Position numbers and translations under genes: made by a program. From Halioglobus sp. (GTDB lineage Bacteria; Pseudomonadota; Gammaproteobacteria; Pseudomonadales; Halieaceae), in the NCBI GenBank assembly GCA_036961345.1, contig JBALVT010000003.1, positions 6,139 to 70,138 on the forward strand: a stretch of DNA of 64,000 nucleotides, given 5' to 3'. The notes beneath the pieces are model-generated. The model was not told where the DNA came from. It saw nothing but the letters and a program-made list of their open reading frames with translations, and searched no databases. This document shows positions 11,658 through 24,358 of the stretch, one piece after another (position 1 is the first letter of the stretch; every line of letters begins with the position of its first letter).

Positions 11658-12740
11658 GTGTCCCTGCTTATTCACACTCTGCATGTTGATTTGGCTGAGC
11701 GCAGTTACCCGGTTTATATCGGCCGCGATCTCTTTACGGATTCGGATTTGTTGAGCCAGCATGTAGCGGGCTCGCAAGTGGTTATTGTTTCGAACGAGAC
11801 TGTAGCGCCTTTATATCTGGATCGCGTTAGAAATGCCCTACGTCCGGGAGCCTTTGTCAGTGAAGTGATTTTGCCCGATGGCGAGCAGTACAAGTCACTC
11901 GAGACCTTGTCGGGGATCTTCGATCAGGTGATGGCTGATCGGCACAATCGCAGTACCACGTTCATTGCTGTGGGCGGCGGTGTTGTGGGTGATATCACGG
12001 GATTTGCTGCAGCGTGTTATCAGCGCGGTGTTAACTTTATTCAGGTGCCAACGACCTTACTGGCCCAGGTGGATTCATCGGTCGGAGGCAAAACGGCGGT
12101 CAATCACCCCATGGGTAAAAACATGATCGGCGCGTTTTATCAGCCTCAGGCGGTTCTGATTGATACCAATACCCTGCATACACTCCCTGCGCGGGAATTT
12201 TCTGCGGGTTTGGCGGAGGTGGTTAAATACGGCCTTATTGGTGATGAAGGTTTTTACACCTGGCTGCGCCAAAACATGGCCAAGTTACTTGCTCGCGAAG
12301 AAGCGGCGCTCGCTGAGGCGATTGAGCGCAGTTGTGCTTGCAAGGCAACGGTAGTGGCAGCTGACGAGCGTGAGGGCGGCGTGCGTGCCATTCTTAATTT
12401 GGGCCACACTTTTGGTCATGCCATAGAAACGGCTCAGGGTTATGGTCGCTGGTTGCATGGCGAGGCGGTAGCCGTTGGGATGTTACTGGCTTTGAGATTA
12501 TCTGCTCGTAGAGGCTGGATCGCCGATTCCGAGGTGTCGGAATTCAGGCAATTGTTGGTTTCTATGAATTTGCCGGTTGAAGCGCCGTCGGATATGACAC
12601 CCGAAACGTTTATTGAGTTAATGGGCATGGACAAAAAAGTTATCGATGGTCACCTCCGCCTGATACTGCTTAATGCCATCGGCGAGGCCTGCATTGTAGA
12701 TGATGTCGCCGAGTCAGAACTTCTGAAATTGCTGAGCTAA
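11658..12740 (+). CDS. aroB: 3-dehydroquinate synthase
   Basis: ERSYPVYIG, GGGVVGDITGFAAA and NLGHTFGHAIE motifs. GTG start. Confidence 0.93.
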   Translation: MSLLIHTLHVDLAERSYPVYIGRDLFTDSDLLSQHVAGSQVVIVSNETVAPLYLDRVRNALRPGAFVSEVILPDGEQYKSLETLSGIFDQVMADRHNRSTTFIAVGGGVVGDITGFAAACYQRGVNFIQVPTTLLAQVDSSVGGKTAVNHPMGKNMIGAFYQPQAVLIDTNTLHTLPAREFSAGLAEVVKYGLIGDEGFYTWLRQNMAKLLAREEAALAEAIERSCACKATVVAADEREGGVRAILNLGHTFGHAIETAQGYGRWLHGEAVAVGMLLALRLSARRGWIADSEVSEFRQLLVSMNLPVEAPSDMTPETFIELMGMDKKVIDGHLRLILLNAIGEACIVDDVAESELLKLLS

Positions 12741-12895
12741 TCCTGCTCCGGTACACAGCTACCACGCCCGGCGCGGTTTGTTCACGGTGCTACATCCGTG
12801 TAAAATAGCCCCCCCATCTTAGTCCTGACACCGGTTAGGCGTCGGGCGTTTTCGCGTTAACACTTTGTTTTTATTATTATATTTCTGGATACATT

Positions 12896-15800
12896 ATGAG
12901 CGCAGGTCTCTATAGCCCTGAACAATTCCGCGACAATTGCGGATTTGGGCTTATTGCCCACACTTCTGGAGACGTAAGCCATCGCTTGCTGCAAATAGCG
13001 ATCGAATCTCTTACATGCATGACGCATCGTGGGGGAATTGCGGCAGATGGCAAAACCGGGGATGGTTGTGGTTTGTTACTGCAAATGCCGGTCGTGTTTA
13101 TGCGTGCCCTCGCGCGCGAGTGCTTTGCTGCAGAATTGGGTGACAATTTTGGCGTGGGCCAGATATTCCTGAGTCGAGATGTCGAAAAAGCAGCGGCGGG
13201 ACGCAGGGCGCTTGAAGAGGCATTGACTGAACAGGACCTGAAGGTCGTTGGTTGGCGCTCGGTACCCATAGAACATTCAGTGTGTGGCGAAATTGCGCTC
13301 GATACAATGCCGGTAATTGAGCAGGTCTTTTTGGACGCCCCCGGCCTGACGAACCAATCGCTTACCACCAAGCTATTTGTCGCCAGACGTCGGGCAGAGA
13401 TCGCAACGCAGAGTGATGAAGACTTTTATATCTGCAGTCTCTCCGGCCGGGTTATTTCATACAAAGGCCTGGTGATGCCAATTGATCTGCCGCTTTTTTA
13501 CGCAGATTTAGCAGACCCGCGTCTTGAAACAGCGATCTGCGTATTTCACCAGCGTTTTTCAACCAATACCAGCCCCAAGTGGCCACTTGCCCAGCCCTTT
13601 CGTTTGCTGGCTCACAATGGTGAAATTAATACGATTGATGGCAACCGCAACTGGGCCGAAGCACGGACGGCACGATTTGAAACTGAAAAGTTACCGGATA
13701 TTAAGTCGATAGCGCCGCTTGTTAACCGGGCTGGCTCTGATTCATCGAGCCTCGATAATATGTTGGAAGTACTTCTTACCGGTGGATCGGACTTGCCTCG
13801 TTCCCTGCGCATGTTAATTCCTCCGGCCTGGCAAAACATTGAGTCGATTGACCCGGATCTCAAGGCATTTTACGAATACCACTCCATGCACATGGAACCC
13901 TGGGATGGCCCGGCGGGCATTGTGGTGACCGATGGGCGCTATGCTGTTTGCCTGCTGGACAGGAATGGCCTGCGCCCGGCGCGTTGGGTGAAAACCAAAG
14001 ACGGATTTCTTACTATTGCCTCGGAAATAGGCACTTACGCCTACCGGCCGGAAGACGTTGTGGCGAAGGGGCGGATCGGGCCTGGACAAATGCTGGTCGT
14101 GGACACCCAGACAGGTGAGTTGCTGCACAACGAGGATATCGACAATCAGTTGAAGTCCCGTTTTCCCTACAAAAAATGGTTGCGCGAGAATTCTTATCGT
14201 ATAGAGGGCACCTTTGAAACTGAGGAAGCGCCGGGTATTGAGCCGGAGCAGCTCGACGCGTTTATGAAGATGTTTCAGGTGAGCCTTGAGGAGCGTGACC
14301 AGGTGCTTAGGCCGCTGGCCGAATCGGGTAATGAAGCCGTAGGCTCGATGGGGGATGACACCCCAATGGCGGTTTTGTCGTTAAAAGAACGATCGCTCTA
14401 CGATTACTTTCGCCAGAAGTTCGCCCAGGTAACTAACCCGCCAATAGATCCGCTGCGGGAGACTATTGTTATGTCTTTGGAAACCGTGCTGGGCGGAGAG
14501 AAAAATATATTTGAAGATACGCCGGGACATGCCAACAGGATAATTCTTCTCTCGCCAGTATTGTCACAGGGAAAATTCAATACGCTATTAGGGCTTAAGC
14601 GCCCCGGCTACAGTGTTACCGATATCGATTGTACTTATGACCCCCAGCAAAAAAACTTGCGTCAGGCGATTGAAGAACTGGTCCTCCAGGCAGAGCTAGC
14701 GGTTCGCGCAGGCGCCTCAACACTGGTTTTGTCGGACCGTTCGATTAGCAAAGCACTATTGCCTATTCACAGCCTGTTGGCGACGGGTGCAGTGCATCAT
14801 CACCTGATCAGGACAGGTTTGCGCAGCGATGCCAATATTTTAGTGGAAACCGCCAGTGCTCGAGATTCACACCAGGTAGCATGCCTACTGGGTTTTGGCG
14901 CAACGGCGATCTACCCCTATCTGGCCTACAGTGTACTGGAGGATCTAATTCGTAACGGCGAGGTATTGGGTGAGCCCAGCACCTGCTACAAAAATTATCG
15001 CAAAGGAATAAACAAGGGTCTGCTGAAAATCATGTCGAAAATGGGCATTTCAGCAGTAAGTTCCTATCGCGGTGCGCAACTGTTTGAAGCGGTGGGTTTG
15101 GCATCAGAGGTGGTAGAGATTTCATTTCGTGGGGTGGCCTCGCGCATTGAGGGCGCAAACTTTGAAGACCTGGAGAGTGATCAACGTGCTGTTGCCCGTC
15201 GCGCGTGGTCTTATCGCAAGACGCTTGAACAAGGCGGGTTGCTCAAATACGTGCATGGCCAGGAGTATCACGCCTTTAATCCCGATGTGGTTATGACACT
15301 GCAAGAAGCGGTAGCCTCAGGCGATTACAGCATATACAAGCGCTATGCCAAACTCGTGAATGAACGGCCAGTGGCCACCATACGGGATTTGTTGGGCCCG
15401 ATTTTTGCGCCCACACCACTGCCACTCGAAGACGTGGAGCCGGTTGAAAAGATCTTACCCCGGTTTGATTCCGCGGGAATGTCATTGGGTGCACTGAGTC
15501 CTGAAGCACACGAGTCTCTTGCGGAAGCCATGAATTCGATGGGTGCTCGCTCAAACTCTGGCGAAGGGGGAGAAGATCCGGAGCGCTTCGGCACGCCGCG
15601 GATGTCGAAGATCAAGCAAATTGCCTCGGGCCGTTTTGGAGTGACCCCGCACTATCTGGTGAACGCCGAGGTGCTGCAAATTAAGGTAGCCCAGGGTGCA
15701 AAACCGGGCGAGGGAGGCCAGTTACCCGGTGGTAAAGTTAACGACCTGATTGCGAGGCTGCGCTACTCAGTTCCCGGTGTCACATTGATTTCTCCGCCGC

Positions 15801-17338
15801 CACATCATGATATTTATTCGATTGAGGATTTGGCGCAATTAATTTTTGACCTCAAACAGGTCAATCCGAAGGCGTTGGTCTCGGTCAAACTTGTTTCGGA
15901 ACCCGGTGTTGGAACGATTGCCGCTGGTGTCGCCAAAGCCTACGCTGACTTGATAACGATTAGCGGCTATGACGGTGGTACTGCAGCCAGTCCACTGACG
16001 TCCATCCGCTACGCTGGATCACCCTGGGAATTGGGTTTGGCCGAAGTACAGCAGACACTTCGAGGTAACAGTTTGCGCGGAAAGATCCGTCTGCAAACGG
16101 ACGGCGGGTTAAAAACCGGGCTGGATGTTATTAAGGCAGCCATTTTGGGTGCAGAGAGCTTTGGTTTTGGCACTGGGCCGATGGTTGCTCTGGGATGTAA
16201 ATATCTGCGAATTTGCCATTTGAATAATTGTGCAACGGGCGTCGCCACGCAAAATAAGCGTCTGCGAGATGACCATTTCGTTGGTACGGTAGAGATGGTG
16301 GTCAATTTCTTCACTTTCATAGCGCTCGAGACTCGCGAGTGGCTCGCACTGTTGGGTGTGCCTTCCATCGAGGCATTAATAGGGCGCACGGATCTTTTAC
16401 AGCGCCTACCTGGAGGCAGCCCCAAGCAGCAAAGACTGGATCTTGCGCCAATATTATACAAGCATCCTGATGCACTCGGGCAGCCAGAGTTTTGTGAAGT
16501 CGAGTCCAATAATCCTTTTGATGCGGGCGAAAAGGCAGAAGCCATGGTGGCTCTCACATTGCCTGCCATTGAGAACAGTACCGGCGGCGAATACGCATTC
16601 ACGGTGACGAATTGTGATCGTTCTATCGGTGCACGTCTGTCAGGCGAAATTGCGCGGCGTCACGGCAATAATGGTATGGAGTCAAACCCGATTGTGTTGA
16701 GGTTAATCGGTACCGCAGGGCAGAGTTTTGGTGTTTGGAATGCGGGCGGCCTGCACATGTATCTGGAAGGTGACTCCAATGATTATGTCGGCAAAGGTAT
16801 GGCGGGCGGCAAGCTGGTGATATACCCGCCTAAAGCGAGTGAATTCAAATCACAGGAAACCACGATTATTGGTAACACCTGTTTATACGGTGCTACCGGC
16901 GGTGTTCTGTATGCCGCAGGTGTCGCCGGTGAGCGCTTTGCTGTTCGCAACAGTGGTTGTCATGCGGTGGTTGAAGGCGCCGGAGATCACTGCTGTGAGT
17001 ATATGACTGGCGGCACCGTGACAGTCCTAGGTCCTACCGGGGTTAACTTTGGTGCGGGTATGACCGGTGGGTTTGCCTACGTACTGGATCAGGACAGGAG
17101 TTTTATTGATCGCTACAACAGTGAGTTGGTGGAAATACACCGGGTAAGCTCCGAGTACATGGAGGCTTATCGTTTTCATTTGAGGTCAAATATTGAAGAG
17201 TTTTCGCGGGAAACCGGCTCCGAGTGGGGTGCCCATCTAATAGAGAACTTTGAGGACTATGTTGGCAAGTTCTGGCTGGTTAAACCAAAGGCAGCGGATC
17301 TTGATCGTTTGCTGTCACGATTGCGTGATACCGATTAG
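12896..17338 (+). CDS. gltB: Glutamate synthase (NADPH) large subunit
   Basis: 1480 aa. A propeptide precedes the catalytic [11 protein letters not shown] and GXGXG domains are recognisable. Confidence 0.95.
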   Translation: MSAGLYSPEQFRDNCGFGLIAHTSGDVSHRLLQIAIESLTCMTHRGGIAADGKTGDGCGLLLQMPVVFMRALARECFAAELGDNFGVGQIFLSRDVEKAAAGRRALEEALTEQDLKVVGWRSVPIEHSVCGEIALDTMPVIEQVFLDAPGLTNQSLTTKLFVARRRAEIATQSDEDFYICSLSGRVISYKGLVMPIDLPLFYADLADPRLETAICVFHQRFSTNTSPKWPLAQPFRLLAHNGEINTIDGNRNWAEARTARFETEKLPDIKSIAPLVNRAGSDSSSLDNMLEVLLTGGSDLPRSLRMLIPPAWQNIESIDPDLKAFYEYHSMHMEPWDGPAGIVVTDGRYAVCLLDRNGLRPARWVKTKDGFLTIASEIGTYAYRPEDVVAKGRIGPGQMLVVDTQTGELLHNEDIDNQLKSRFPYKKWLRENSYRIEGTFETEEAPGIEPEQLDAFMKMFQVSLEERDQVLRPLAESGNEAVGSMGDDTPMAVLSLKERSLYDYFRQKFAQVTNPPIDPLRETIVMSLETVLGGEKNIFEDTPGHANRIILLSPVLSQGKFNTLLGLKRPGYSVTDIDCTYDPQQKNLRQAIEELVLQAELAVRAGASTLVLSDRSISKALLPIHSLLATGAVHHHLIRTGLRSDANILVETASARDSHQVACLLGFGATAIYPYLAYSVLEDLIRNGEVLGEPSTCYKNYRKGINKGLLKIMSKMGISAVSSYRGAQLFEAVGLASEVVEISFRGVASRIEGANFEDLESDQRAVARRAWSYRKTLEQGGLLKYVHGQEYHAFNPDVVMTLQEAVASGDYSIYKRYAKLVNERPVATIRDLLGPIFAPTPLPLEDVEPVEKILPRFDSAGMSLGALSPEAHESLAEAMNSMGARSNSGEGGEDPERFGTPRMSKIKQIASGRFGVTPHYLVNAEVLQIKVAQGAKPGEGGQLPGGKVNDLIARLRYSVPGVTLISPPPHHDIYSIEDLAQLIFDLKQVNPKALVSVKLVSEPGVGTIAAGVAKAYADLITISGYDGGTAASPLTSIRYAGSPWELGLAEVQQTLRGNSLRGKIRLQTDGGLKTGLDVIKAAILGAESFGFGTGPMVALGCKYLRICHLNNCATGVATQNKRLRDDHFVGTVEMVVNFFTFIALETREWLALLGVPSIEALIGRTDLLQRLPGGSPKQQRLDLAPILYKHPDALGQPEFCEVESNNPFDAGEKAEAMVALTLPAIENSTGGEYAFTVTNCDRSIGARLSGEIARRHGNNGMESNPIVLRLIGTAGQSFGVWNAGGLHMYLEGDSNDYVGKGMAGGKLVIYPPKASEFKSQETTIIGNTCLYGATGGVLYAAGVAGERFAVRNSGCHAVVEGAGDHCCEYMTGGTVTVLGPTGVNFGAGMTGGFAYVLDQDRSFIDRYNSELVEIHRVSSEYMEAYRFHLRSNIEEFSRETGSEWGAHLIENFEDYVGKFWLVKPKAADLDRLLSRLRDTD

Positions 17339-18790
<1,452 letters not shown>

Positions 18791-18810
18791 TACTTGAGGC
18801 AATTAGTTGT

Positions 18811-19881
18811 ATGACTGAACTTAAAAATGATCGTTTTTTGCGGGCTTTGATGCGACAGCCGGTTGATCGCACGCCGGTATGGATGATGCGGCAAGCCGGA
18901 CGCTACCTCCCGGAATATCGTGCCACGCGCCAGCAAGCAGGCTCTTTTCTCGATCTGTGTAAAAATACTGAACTGGCCTGTGAAGTCACCATGCAGCCGC
19001 TCAGAAGATACCCCATGGATGCGGCGATACTGTTTTCAGATATTCTCACCATACCGGATGCCCTGGGCCTTGGATTGTATTTTGAGGAGGGAGAGGGTCC
19101 ACGTTTCAAAAAAACGGTTCGCAGTCAGCAGGATTTCAACGACCTGAATTCATTTGTGGCCGACGATGATCTGTCTTATGTGATGGATGCTGTCACTGCG
19201 ATACGAAGCGAGCTCAATGGCCAGGTGCCATTGATTGGTTTTTCCGGTAGCCCCTGGACTTTGGCAACCTATATGGTCGAAGGAGGATCGTCCAAGGATT
19301 TTCGTTATGTGAAGGCCATGGCCTATGATAAACCGGAACTTATGCATCAGTTGCTGACGCTATTGGCCGATGCGGTTGCCGATTATCTATCCGCACAAGT
19401 TCGTGCCGGGGCTCAGGTATTACAGATATTTGATACCTGGGGTGGTTCTCTCAGTGCCGCTGCTTACAAAGAGTTCTCGCTCAAATATATGCAGCGGATT
19501 ATTTCCAGGTTGCCCTCTGAGGCCGATGGCCGACGGGTTCCGGTTATTGTTTTTACCAAAAACGGCGGGCAGTGGTTGCCCTCTATCGCCGACTGTGGAG
19601 CAACTGCTGTCGGCATTGACTGGACCACGGATATCAATAGTGCAAGGGCGCAAATTGGTGGACGTGTTGCCCTGCAGGGCAACATGGATCCGACAATGTT
19701 GTTTGCCTCGCCTGCACGGATAAGAGATGAAGTAGCGACGATACTGGCCGGTTACGGCCACGGAAGCGGGCATGTGTTTAATCTTGGGCACGGTATTACG
19801 CCTGGGGTAAACCCTGACCATGTAACGGCATTTGTGGATGCCGTGCAGGAGTTATCGCCCCAGTATCATCAGGCTGATTAG
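18811..19881 (+). CDS. hemE: Uroporphyrinogen decarboxylase
   Basis: The [19 protein letters not shown] signature is at the N-terminus. Confidence 0.95.
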   Translation: MTELKNDRFLRALMRQPVDRTPVWMMRQAGRYLPEYRATRQQAGSFLDLCKNTELACEVTMQPLRRYPMDAAILFSDILTIPDALGLGLYFEEGEGPRFKKTVRSQQDFNDLNSFVADDDLSYVMDAVTAIRSELNGQVPLIGFSGSPWTLATYMVEGGSSKDFRYVKAMAYDKPELMHQLLTLLADAVADYLSAQVRAGAQVLQIFDTWGGSLSAAAYKEFSLKYMQRIISRLPSEADGRRVPVIVFTKNGGQWLPSIADCGATAVGIDWTTDINSARAQIGGRVALQGNMDPTMLFASPARIRDEVATILAGYGHGSGHVFNLGHGITPGVNPDHVTAFVDAVQELSPQYHQAD

Positions 19882-19883
19882 CC

Positions 19884-20711
19884 TTAACCCACTTTTTGTT
19901 GTTCGGTTTTTGCGGCTTCCTCGTCGCAGCAAAAATCGTGCTCCATTTCCAGGGCGGGTAGCTCTGTCGTGGGGCGCCCAACCACTTTGGCGGGTACCCC
20001 TGCCACAGTGGTGTGCGGGGGAACATCTTCTAATACCACACTCCCAGCACCGACTTTGGCGCCGATGCCCACTTTGATGTTGCCGAGAATTTTTGCGCCT
20101 GCGCTGATTAGCACACCATCGCCAATTTTCGGGTGCCGGTCGCCTTCATCTTTGCCGGTGCCGCCCAGCGTAACCGACTGCAAGATGGACACGTTGTTGC
20201 CGACCTTGGCGGTTTCTCCAATGACCAGGCCGGTGGCATGATCCAGCATAATGCCGTAGCCCATTTGTGCAGCCGGGTGTATGTCGACTCCAAATTCTGA
20301 GGAGACTCTGTTTTGGAAGAACAGTGCGAGTGACTCACGTCCCTGTTTCCATAGCCAGTGTCCGACCCGGTGCGTCTGCAGGGCGTGAAATCCCTTAAAA
20401 TACAAAAATGGCATGGACAGCTCGTTACACGCCGAATCGCGTTCTTCCACCGCCATCAAATCAGCCCGAACCGCCTTGGGTATGCACGGGTCATGTTTGA
20501 ATGCATCGAGAATCACCTCGCGCAATAACAGCGCGGAGACGGTTGCACTGTCTAATTGGCTGGCAAGGTGAAAGCTGAGAGCTTGTTCCAATTTCGAGTG
20601 ATTCAAAATAGTTGCGTGAAGAAAGCTCGCCAAAAGGGGTTCCACCGCCGCTTTTTGCTCGGTTTCTTGCCGTATGCGATCCCATACTGCGTCGGGTTTT
20701 TTAGCTGACAT
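19884..20711 (-). CDS. cysE: Serine O-acetyltransferase (E. coli-type with N-terminal helical domain)
   Basis: The sequence aligns along its length with my memory of E. coli CysE (HPAAQMGYGIMLDHATGLVIGETA, SILQSVTLGGTGK). ATG 20711 (MSAKKPDAVW) is preferred over the ORF-track start at 20765. Confidence 0.9.
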   Translation of the reverse strand: MSAKKPDAVWDRIRQETEQKAAVEPLLASFLHATILNHSKLEQALSFHLASQLDSATVSALLLREVILDAFKHDPCIPKAVRADLMAVEERDSACNELSMPFLYFKGFHALQTHRVGHWLWKQGRESLALFFQNRVSSEFGVDIHPAAQMGYGIMLDHATGLVIGETAKVGNNVSILQSVTLGGTGKDEGDRHPKIGDGVLISAGAKILGNIKVGIGAKVGAGSVVLEDVPPHTTVAGVPAKVVGRPTTELPALEMEHDFCCDEEAAKTEQQKVG

Positions 20712-20761
20712 AGTGATACCTCGTTTTAGACCCAGAACTGTAGCCGATTCCAGGCCGGTAG

Positions 20762-21433
20762 TCACTGCGCAGGTTTTGCATGTTTTACCTGGCCCTCAAA
20801 AGCCCAAAGCCTGTGCCCGCTGGATTGATATTTGCGTTCGAAGAGTGTGATGGGTATTTCGGGCAGTAATTGCCGGACTATTCCAGGGTGTCCTGACAGC
20901 GTCATGGCCACACCAAACTCCTCTACGTAAATCTGCCAGTTAGATCTAAGTTCTACCTGTCCTCCCAGTTGTAGTAAATATACGAACGCCGGGCTGCCGT
21001 GTACGCGGCGTTGCAGGTGGCGAGATTTTGGCCAGGGGTTTGGGTAGAGAATATAGTGATAGTCCGGGAGTAGGTTTTTTTGTAACAATAATCTCCAGAT
21101 ATCTTCGCACTCTGCCTGTAACAAGATGTAATTGGCACACTCTTCGTTCGGGTGTTTGGCCAATCGATGAGAGGATTTATCAATGCCGACTATGAGATGG
21201 TTGGGATGGCGCTGTGCAAGTAGGGCGGTACTGTGCCCTGTACCGCAAAATGAATCCAGCACGATAGGCCGGGAATCTTCAGTTAATAGCGTGAAGAGCC
21301 GATCGAATGCTTGTTGATTGTGCGCCGCGATGGGCTTGCGATAATTACTGTTAACATGACGCTGTAGCAACGCTGGCAATTTGGGGTGAGTATGCGTCTG
21401 GTTGCTGCTTACGGTGGCGGAATCGGCTTGCAA
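20762..21433 (-). CDS. SAM-dependent methyltransferase, TrmB (tRNA m7G46)-like fold
   Basis: The VLDSFCGTGHST SAM-binding motif and a PNPWPK motif resemble the TrmB family. Substrate unknown. Confidence 0.7.
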   Translation of the reverse strand: MQADSATVSSNQTHTHPKLPALLQRHVNSNYRKPIAAHNQQAFDRLFTLLTEDSRPIVLDSFCGTGHSTALLAQRHPNHLIVGIDKSSHRLAKHPNEECANYILLQAECEDIWRLLLQKNLLPDYHYILYPNPWPKSRHLQRRVHGSPAFVYLLQLGGQVELRSNWQIYVEEFGVAMTLSGHPGIVRQLLPEIPITLFERKYQSSGHRLWAFEGQVKHAKPAQ

Positions 21434-21551
21434 TACTCGGTTGCTCCTGTAGAAGTTTCATCACTTCGTGCACTGGATCAATGTTAATGTCGGCGGAGAG
21501 AGCCAAAATCCGGCATAATTATATGATCTAATTGTCAGGCCTGTATCATTT

Positions 21552-22277
21552 ATGCGTAAAGATCTAAGACCCTATTGGCTGAAAAAATTGTACCTACGAT
21601 ATCGCCATTGGTACACAGAGTATTTCCTGCGGCCCGAGTGTGAATATCTTGGGCCACACCATACCGTTATGAAGCCAAGGTATGTACGGATTTCTGGACC
21701 CAATATTCGCATAGGTCGAAGTTTTACTGCGATTGGTGAGCCTATGCATCAGGTGGAGATAGGTGTTTGGGGTCGCAGCCCCGGCGAAGGTCGAATTCAA
21801 ATAGGGGATTGCGTCCTCATGAGCCCCGGATCACGCTTGAGCGCCAGTGATGAAATTATCCTTGGCGATGGTGTAATGTTGGCCAACGGCGCCTATGTCA
21901 CGGATTCTGACTGGCATACTATCTACGATAGAACCGTGAGAGATGAACGGGTAACCCCGGTGCATATTGGTGAAAACGTTTGGTTGGGCGACCATGCAAC
22001 CGTCCTCAAAGGCGTCACAATAGGAAAAAACAGTGTAGTGGCGGCACGGGCGGTGGTAACGCGGGATGTCCCTGAAAATGTAGTTGTTGCGGGCAATCCC
22101 GCCAAAGTGGTCAAAGAACTGGATCCCAGCCGGGAGTTCATTACTCGAATGGAGTATTTCGCCGATCCAGCTGGCATGGCACGATTTTTCGATGCGATCG
22201 ATCGCGAGGTGTTAACCGGCAACACCTTTTGGCGTTGGCTTTTGTCGGTTGTGCGCCCCACGTATCGCGGTGGTTAG
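21552..22277 (+). CDS. Left-handed beta-helix (hexapeptide repeat) acyl/acetyltransferase
   Basis: Hexapeptide repeats (IGENVWLGDHATVLKGVTIGKNSVVAARAVV) and a C-terminal VVAGNPAKVV. Confidence 0.8.
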   Translation: MRKDLRPYWLKKLYLRYRHWYTEYFLRPECEYLGPHHTVMKPRYVRISGPNIRIGRSFTAIGEPMHQVEIGVWGRSPGEGRIQIGDCVLMSPGSRLSASDEIILGDGVMLANGAYVTDSDWHTIYDRTVRDERVTPVHIGENVWLGDHATVLKGVTIGKNSVVAARAVVTRDVPENVVVAGNPAKVVKELDPSREFITRMEYFADPAGMARFFDAIDREVLTGNTFWRWLLSVVRPTYRGG

Positions 22278-22283
22278 TAGGGC

Positions 22284-23267
22284 TCACAAGAGTTGCAGGG
22301 GTTCTTCCTGCAATGCCGAAAGCTGTTCGCGCAACTCCAGTATGTGATCTGCCCAATAGCGCTCGGTGTTAAACCAGGTGAAGCTTCTCGGGAAGGCAGG
22401 ATCTTCCCAGCGTTTCGCGAGCCAGGCCGCATAGTTGATGATTCGCATGGTGCGCAGTGACTCCAACCAACGCAATTGACGGGGCTCGAAGTCGCAAAAC
22501 TCGCTATAACCCTCAATAACCTCTGATAGCTGCTGTTGCCGGCGGTGTCGTTCCCCACTGAGAAACATCCATAGATCCTGCACTGCAGGCGCCATCATAC
22601 AATCGTCCAGGTCGACGAAGTGTGCAGTTTCGTCACGCCACAAAATATTTCCTACGTGGCAGTCTCCATGTACCCGTATTAGGTCGCTGTCTTTCACTTC
22701 TGAATAAATACTACTAACGCTCTGTAGAAGATCTCTGGCCAGACTACTGTATGCAGGGATCAGGTCACGTGGAATAAATTCTCCCTCGAGCAAAAAGTCG
22801 ATATTTTCCGTCATCATTCTGTCAACGCCTATCGATAGGCGATCTGTGAACTTGCCCGCTCTGCCGACCGCGTGAATGCGCCCCAGAGTCCGGCCAAGAA
22901 CAAACAGGTTGTTGAGATTGTCCAGTTCAGGGGGATAGCCTCCGCGCCGTTTAAAAAGTGTGAATAAAAATCCCGCGTGTTCGTGTAGCGAGCAGCCATT
23001 ACTGTCTATAAGCGGTGCAACAACGGAGATGTCGGCATCTACCAGCTCCTGGCTGAAGCGATGCTCCTCGTTGATTTGCTCGCGAGTCCATCTGCCGGGG
23101 CGATAGAATTTGGCGATGACGGGGTCGCCCTCTTCGAGTCCCACCTGATAGACCCGGTTTTCGTAGCTATTGAGTGCCAAAAGGCGTGCGTCGCTGATAT
23201 AGCCTGCCGATTCGACGGCATCGATCACAAGGTCGGGGGTGAGTAGGTCGTAGGGATGGTTACTCAA
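22284..23267 (-). CDS. srkA: Stress-response Ser/Thr protein kinase SrkA (YihE/RdoA family)
   Basis: LNSYENRVYQV..KFYRPGRW and HGDCHVGNILW motifs resemble E. coli YihE. The TTG start overlaps the modC stop as TTGA. Confidence 0.85.
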   Translation of the reverse strand: MSNHPYDLLTPDLVIDAVESAGYISDARLLALNSYENRVYQVGLEEGDPVIAKFYRPGRWTREQINEEHRFSQELVDADISVVAPLIDSNGCSLHEHAGFLFTLFKRRGGYPPELDNLNNLFVLGRTLGRIHAVGRAGKFTDRLSIGVDRMMTENIDFLLEGEFIPRDLIPAYSSLARDLLQSVSSIYSEVKDSDLIRVHGDCHVGNILWRDETAHFVDLDDCMMAPAVQDLWMFLSGERHRRQQQLSEVIEGYSEFCDFEPRQLRWLESLRTMRIINYAAWLAKRWEDPAFPRSFTWFNTERYWADHILELREQLSALQEEPLQLL

Positions 23268-24358
23268 GAATTGTTCTCCGTGGTTTCGCTTAGCAGCGCA
23301 ACGCTTTTAACCTGTGCGTAAAGAGAGTCGCCGACTTGCAAGTTGAGTTCAGCAACCGATTTTCGGGTGATTCTGGCCAGCAAAAACTGCTGCCCGAAGG
23401 CGAGTTTCAAAAGTACTCGTGAGCCAGTAGTTTCTTCGATCTGGATAAGTTCTACCGGGAGTATATTCAGGATACTGCTGGCCTGGGGACGCTGCCGACA
23501 AATACTGACATCTCTTGCCGGGATTCGAAGTCGGTATTGTGCGTCAATTATTTCGGGCAGCTGTGCGACAAACAAGGGTGTTCCTTCTACGTCGAGTTCA
23601 GACAGTCCGTATTCACTGTCGTGATTTTTTAGTGTGCCCAGCAATATTGTCGCCGCCTGTTCGTCATGAGACAGCCGTGTGTCCAGTCGGGCACACAGGT
23701 CTACCACTGAACCCTGGGCTTGAACTTTTCCTTCCTCAAGTAAGATCAGCTTATCCGCCAGATGACTGACCTCTTCCATGTCGTGGCTGACATAGAGCAT
23801 CGGTAGGTCGATCATTTGGCGCAGTCGCTGTAAATAATGCAGGCATTGGGCCCGGGCACCATGGTCCAGGTTGGCCAGTGGTTCATCCAGCAATAGTAGC
23901 GTTGGGGAACTCAGTAGCGCGCGGGCAATTGCAACCCGTTGTTTTTGTCCCGCTGAAAGTTGTGTTGCGGGACGCGTGAGTAAACTGTCCAATTCCAGCC
24001 AGTCGACAACCTTCGCAAAGCTGATATTACTTTCGCGGTGCCTGCGGCTCACCGCATAGTTTAAATTCTCCCTGACATTCAGGTGTGGAAATAGCCGTGC
24101 ATCCTGAAAGACAAAGCCAATATTTCTTTGCCAAGGCGGTACAAAACACTGATCTGATTGCCAGATATCGCCTCGATTTACAATGCGGCTGCCTGCATCG
24201 GCGGCCTGTAATCCAGCGATGCAATTTAGTAGTGTGGTTTTGCCGCTCCCGCTTTTGCCGTAGATAGCGGTGACACCCGTCTCCGCTATTTTGCAATGTA
24301 CTTCAAGTCGAAAAGAAGATTGCGCGGTGAGTTTCAAATCAAGATCAAGCCCGGTCAT
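23264..24358 (-). CDS. modC: Molybdate ABC transporter ATP-binding protein with C-terminal Mop/TOBE domain
   Basis: Walker A GKSGSGKTT, signature LSAGQKQRV, Walker B LLLLDEP. ATG 24358 forms an ATGA overlap with the modB stop. The ORF-track start at 24373 is also possible. Confidence 0.9.
   Translation of the reverse strand: MTGLDLDLKLTAQSSFRLEVHCKIAETGVTAIYGKSGSGKTTLLNCIAGLQAADAGSRIVNRGDIWQSDQCFVPPWQRNIGFVFQDARLFPHLNVRENLNYAVSRRHRESNISFAKVVDWLELDSLLTRPATQLSAGQKQRVAIARALLSSPTLLLLDEPLANLDHGARAQCLHYLQRLRQMIDLPMLYVSHDMEEVSHLADKLILLEEGKVQAQGSVVDLCARLDTRLSHDEQAATILLGTLKNHDSEYGLSELDVEGTPLFVAQLPEIIDAQYRLRIPARDVSICRQRPQASSILNILPVELIQIEETTGSRVLLKLAFGQQFLLARITRKSVAELNLQVGDSLYAQVKSVALLSETTENNS

Noticed and set aside
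16009-16602. 197-aa minus-strand ORF inside gltB. Similar long antisense or out-of-frame ORFs occur at 12910-13371, 18050-18577, 34359-34883, 49506-50120, 53050-53655, 55810-56361, 28472-28918, 31690-32106 and 62034-62465.
   Set aside because: All lie entirely within strongly supported genes on the other strand or frame. They have Arg/Ser/Pro-rich low-complexity translations and no RBS or recognisable motifs. They are typical shadow ORFs.
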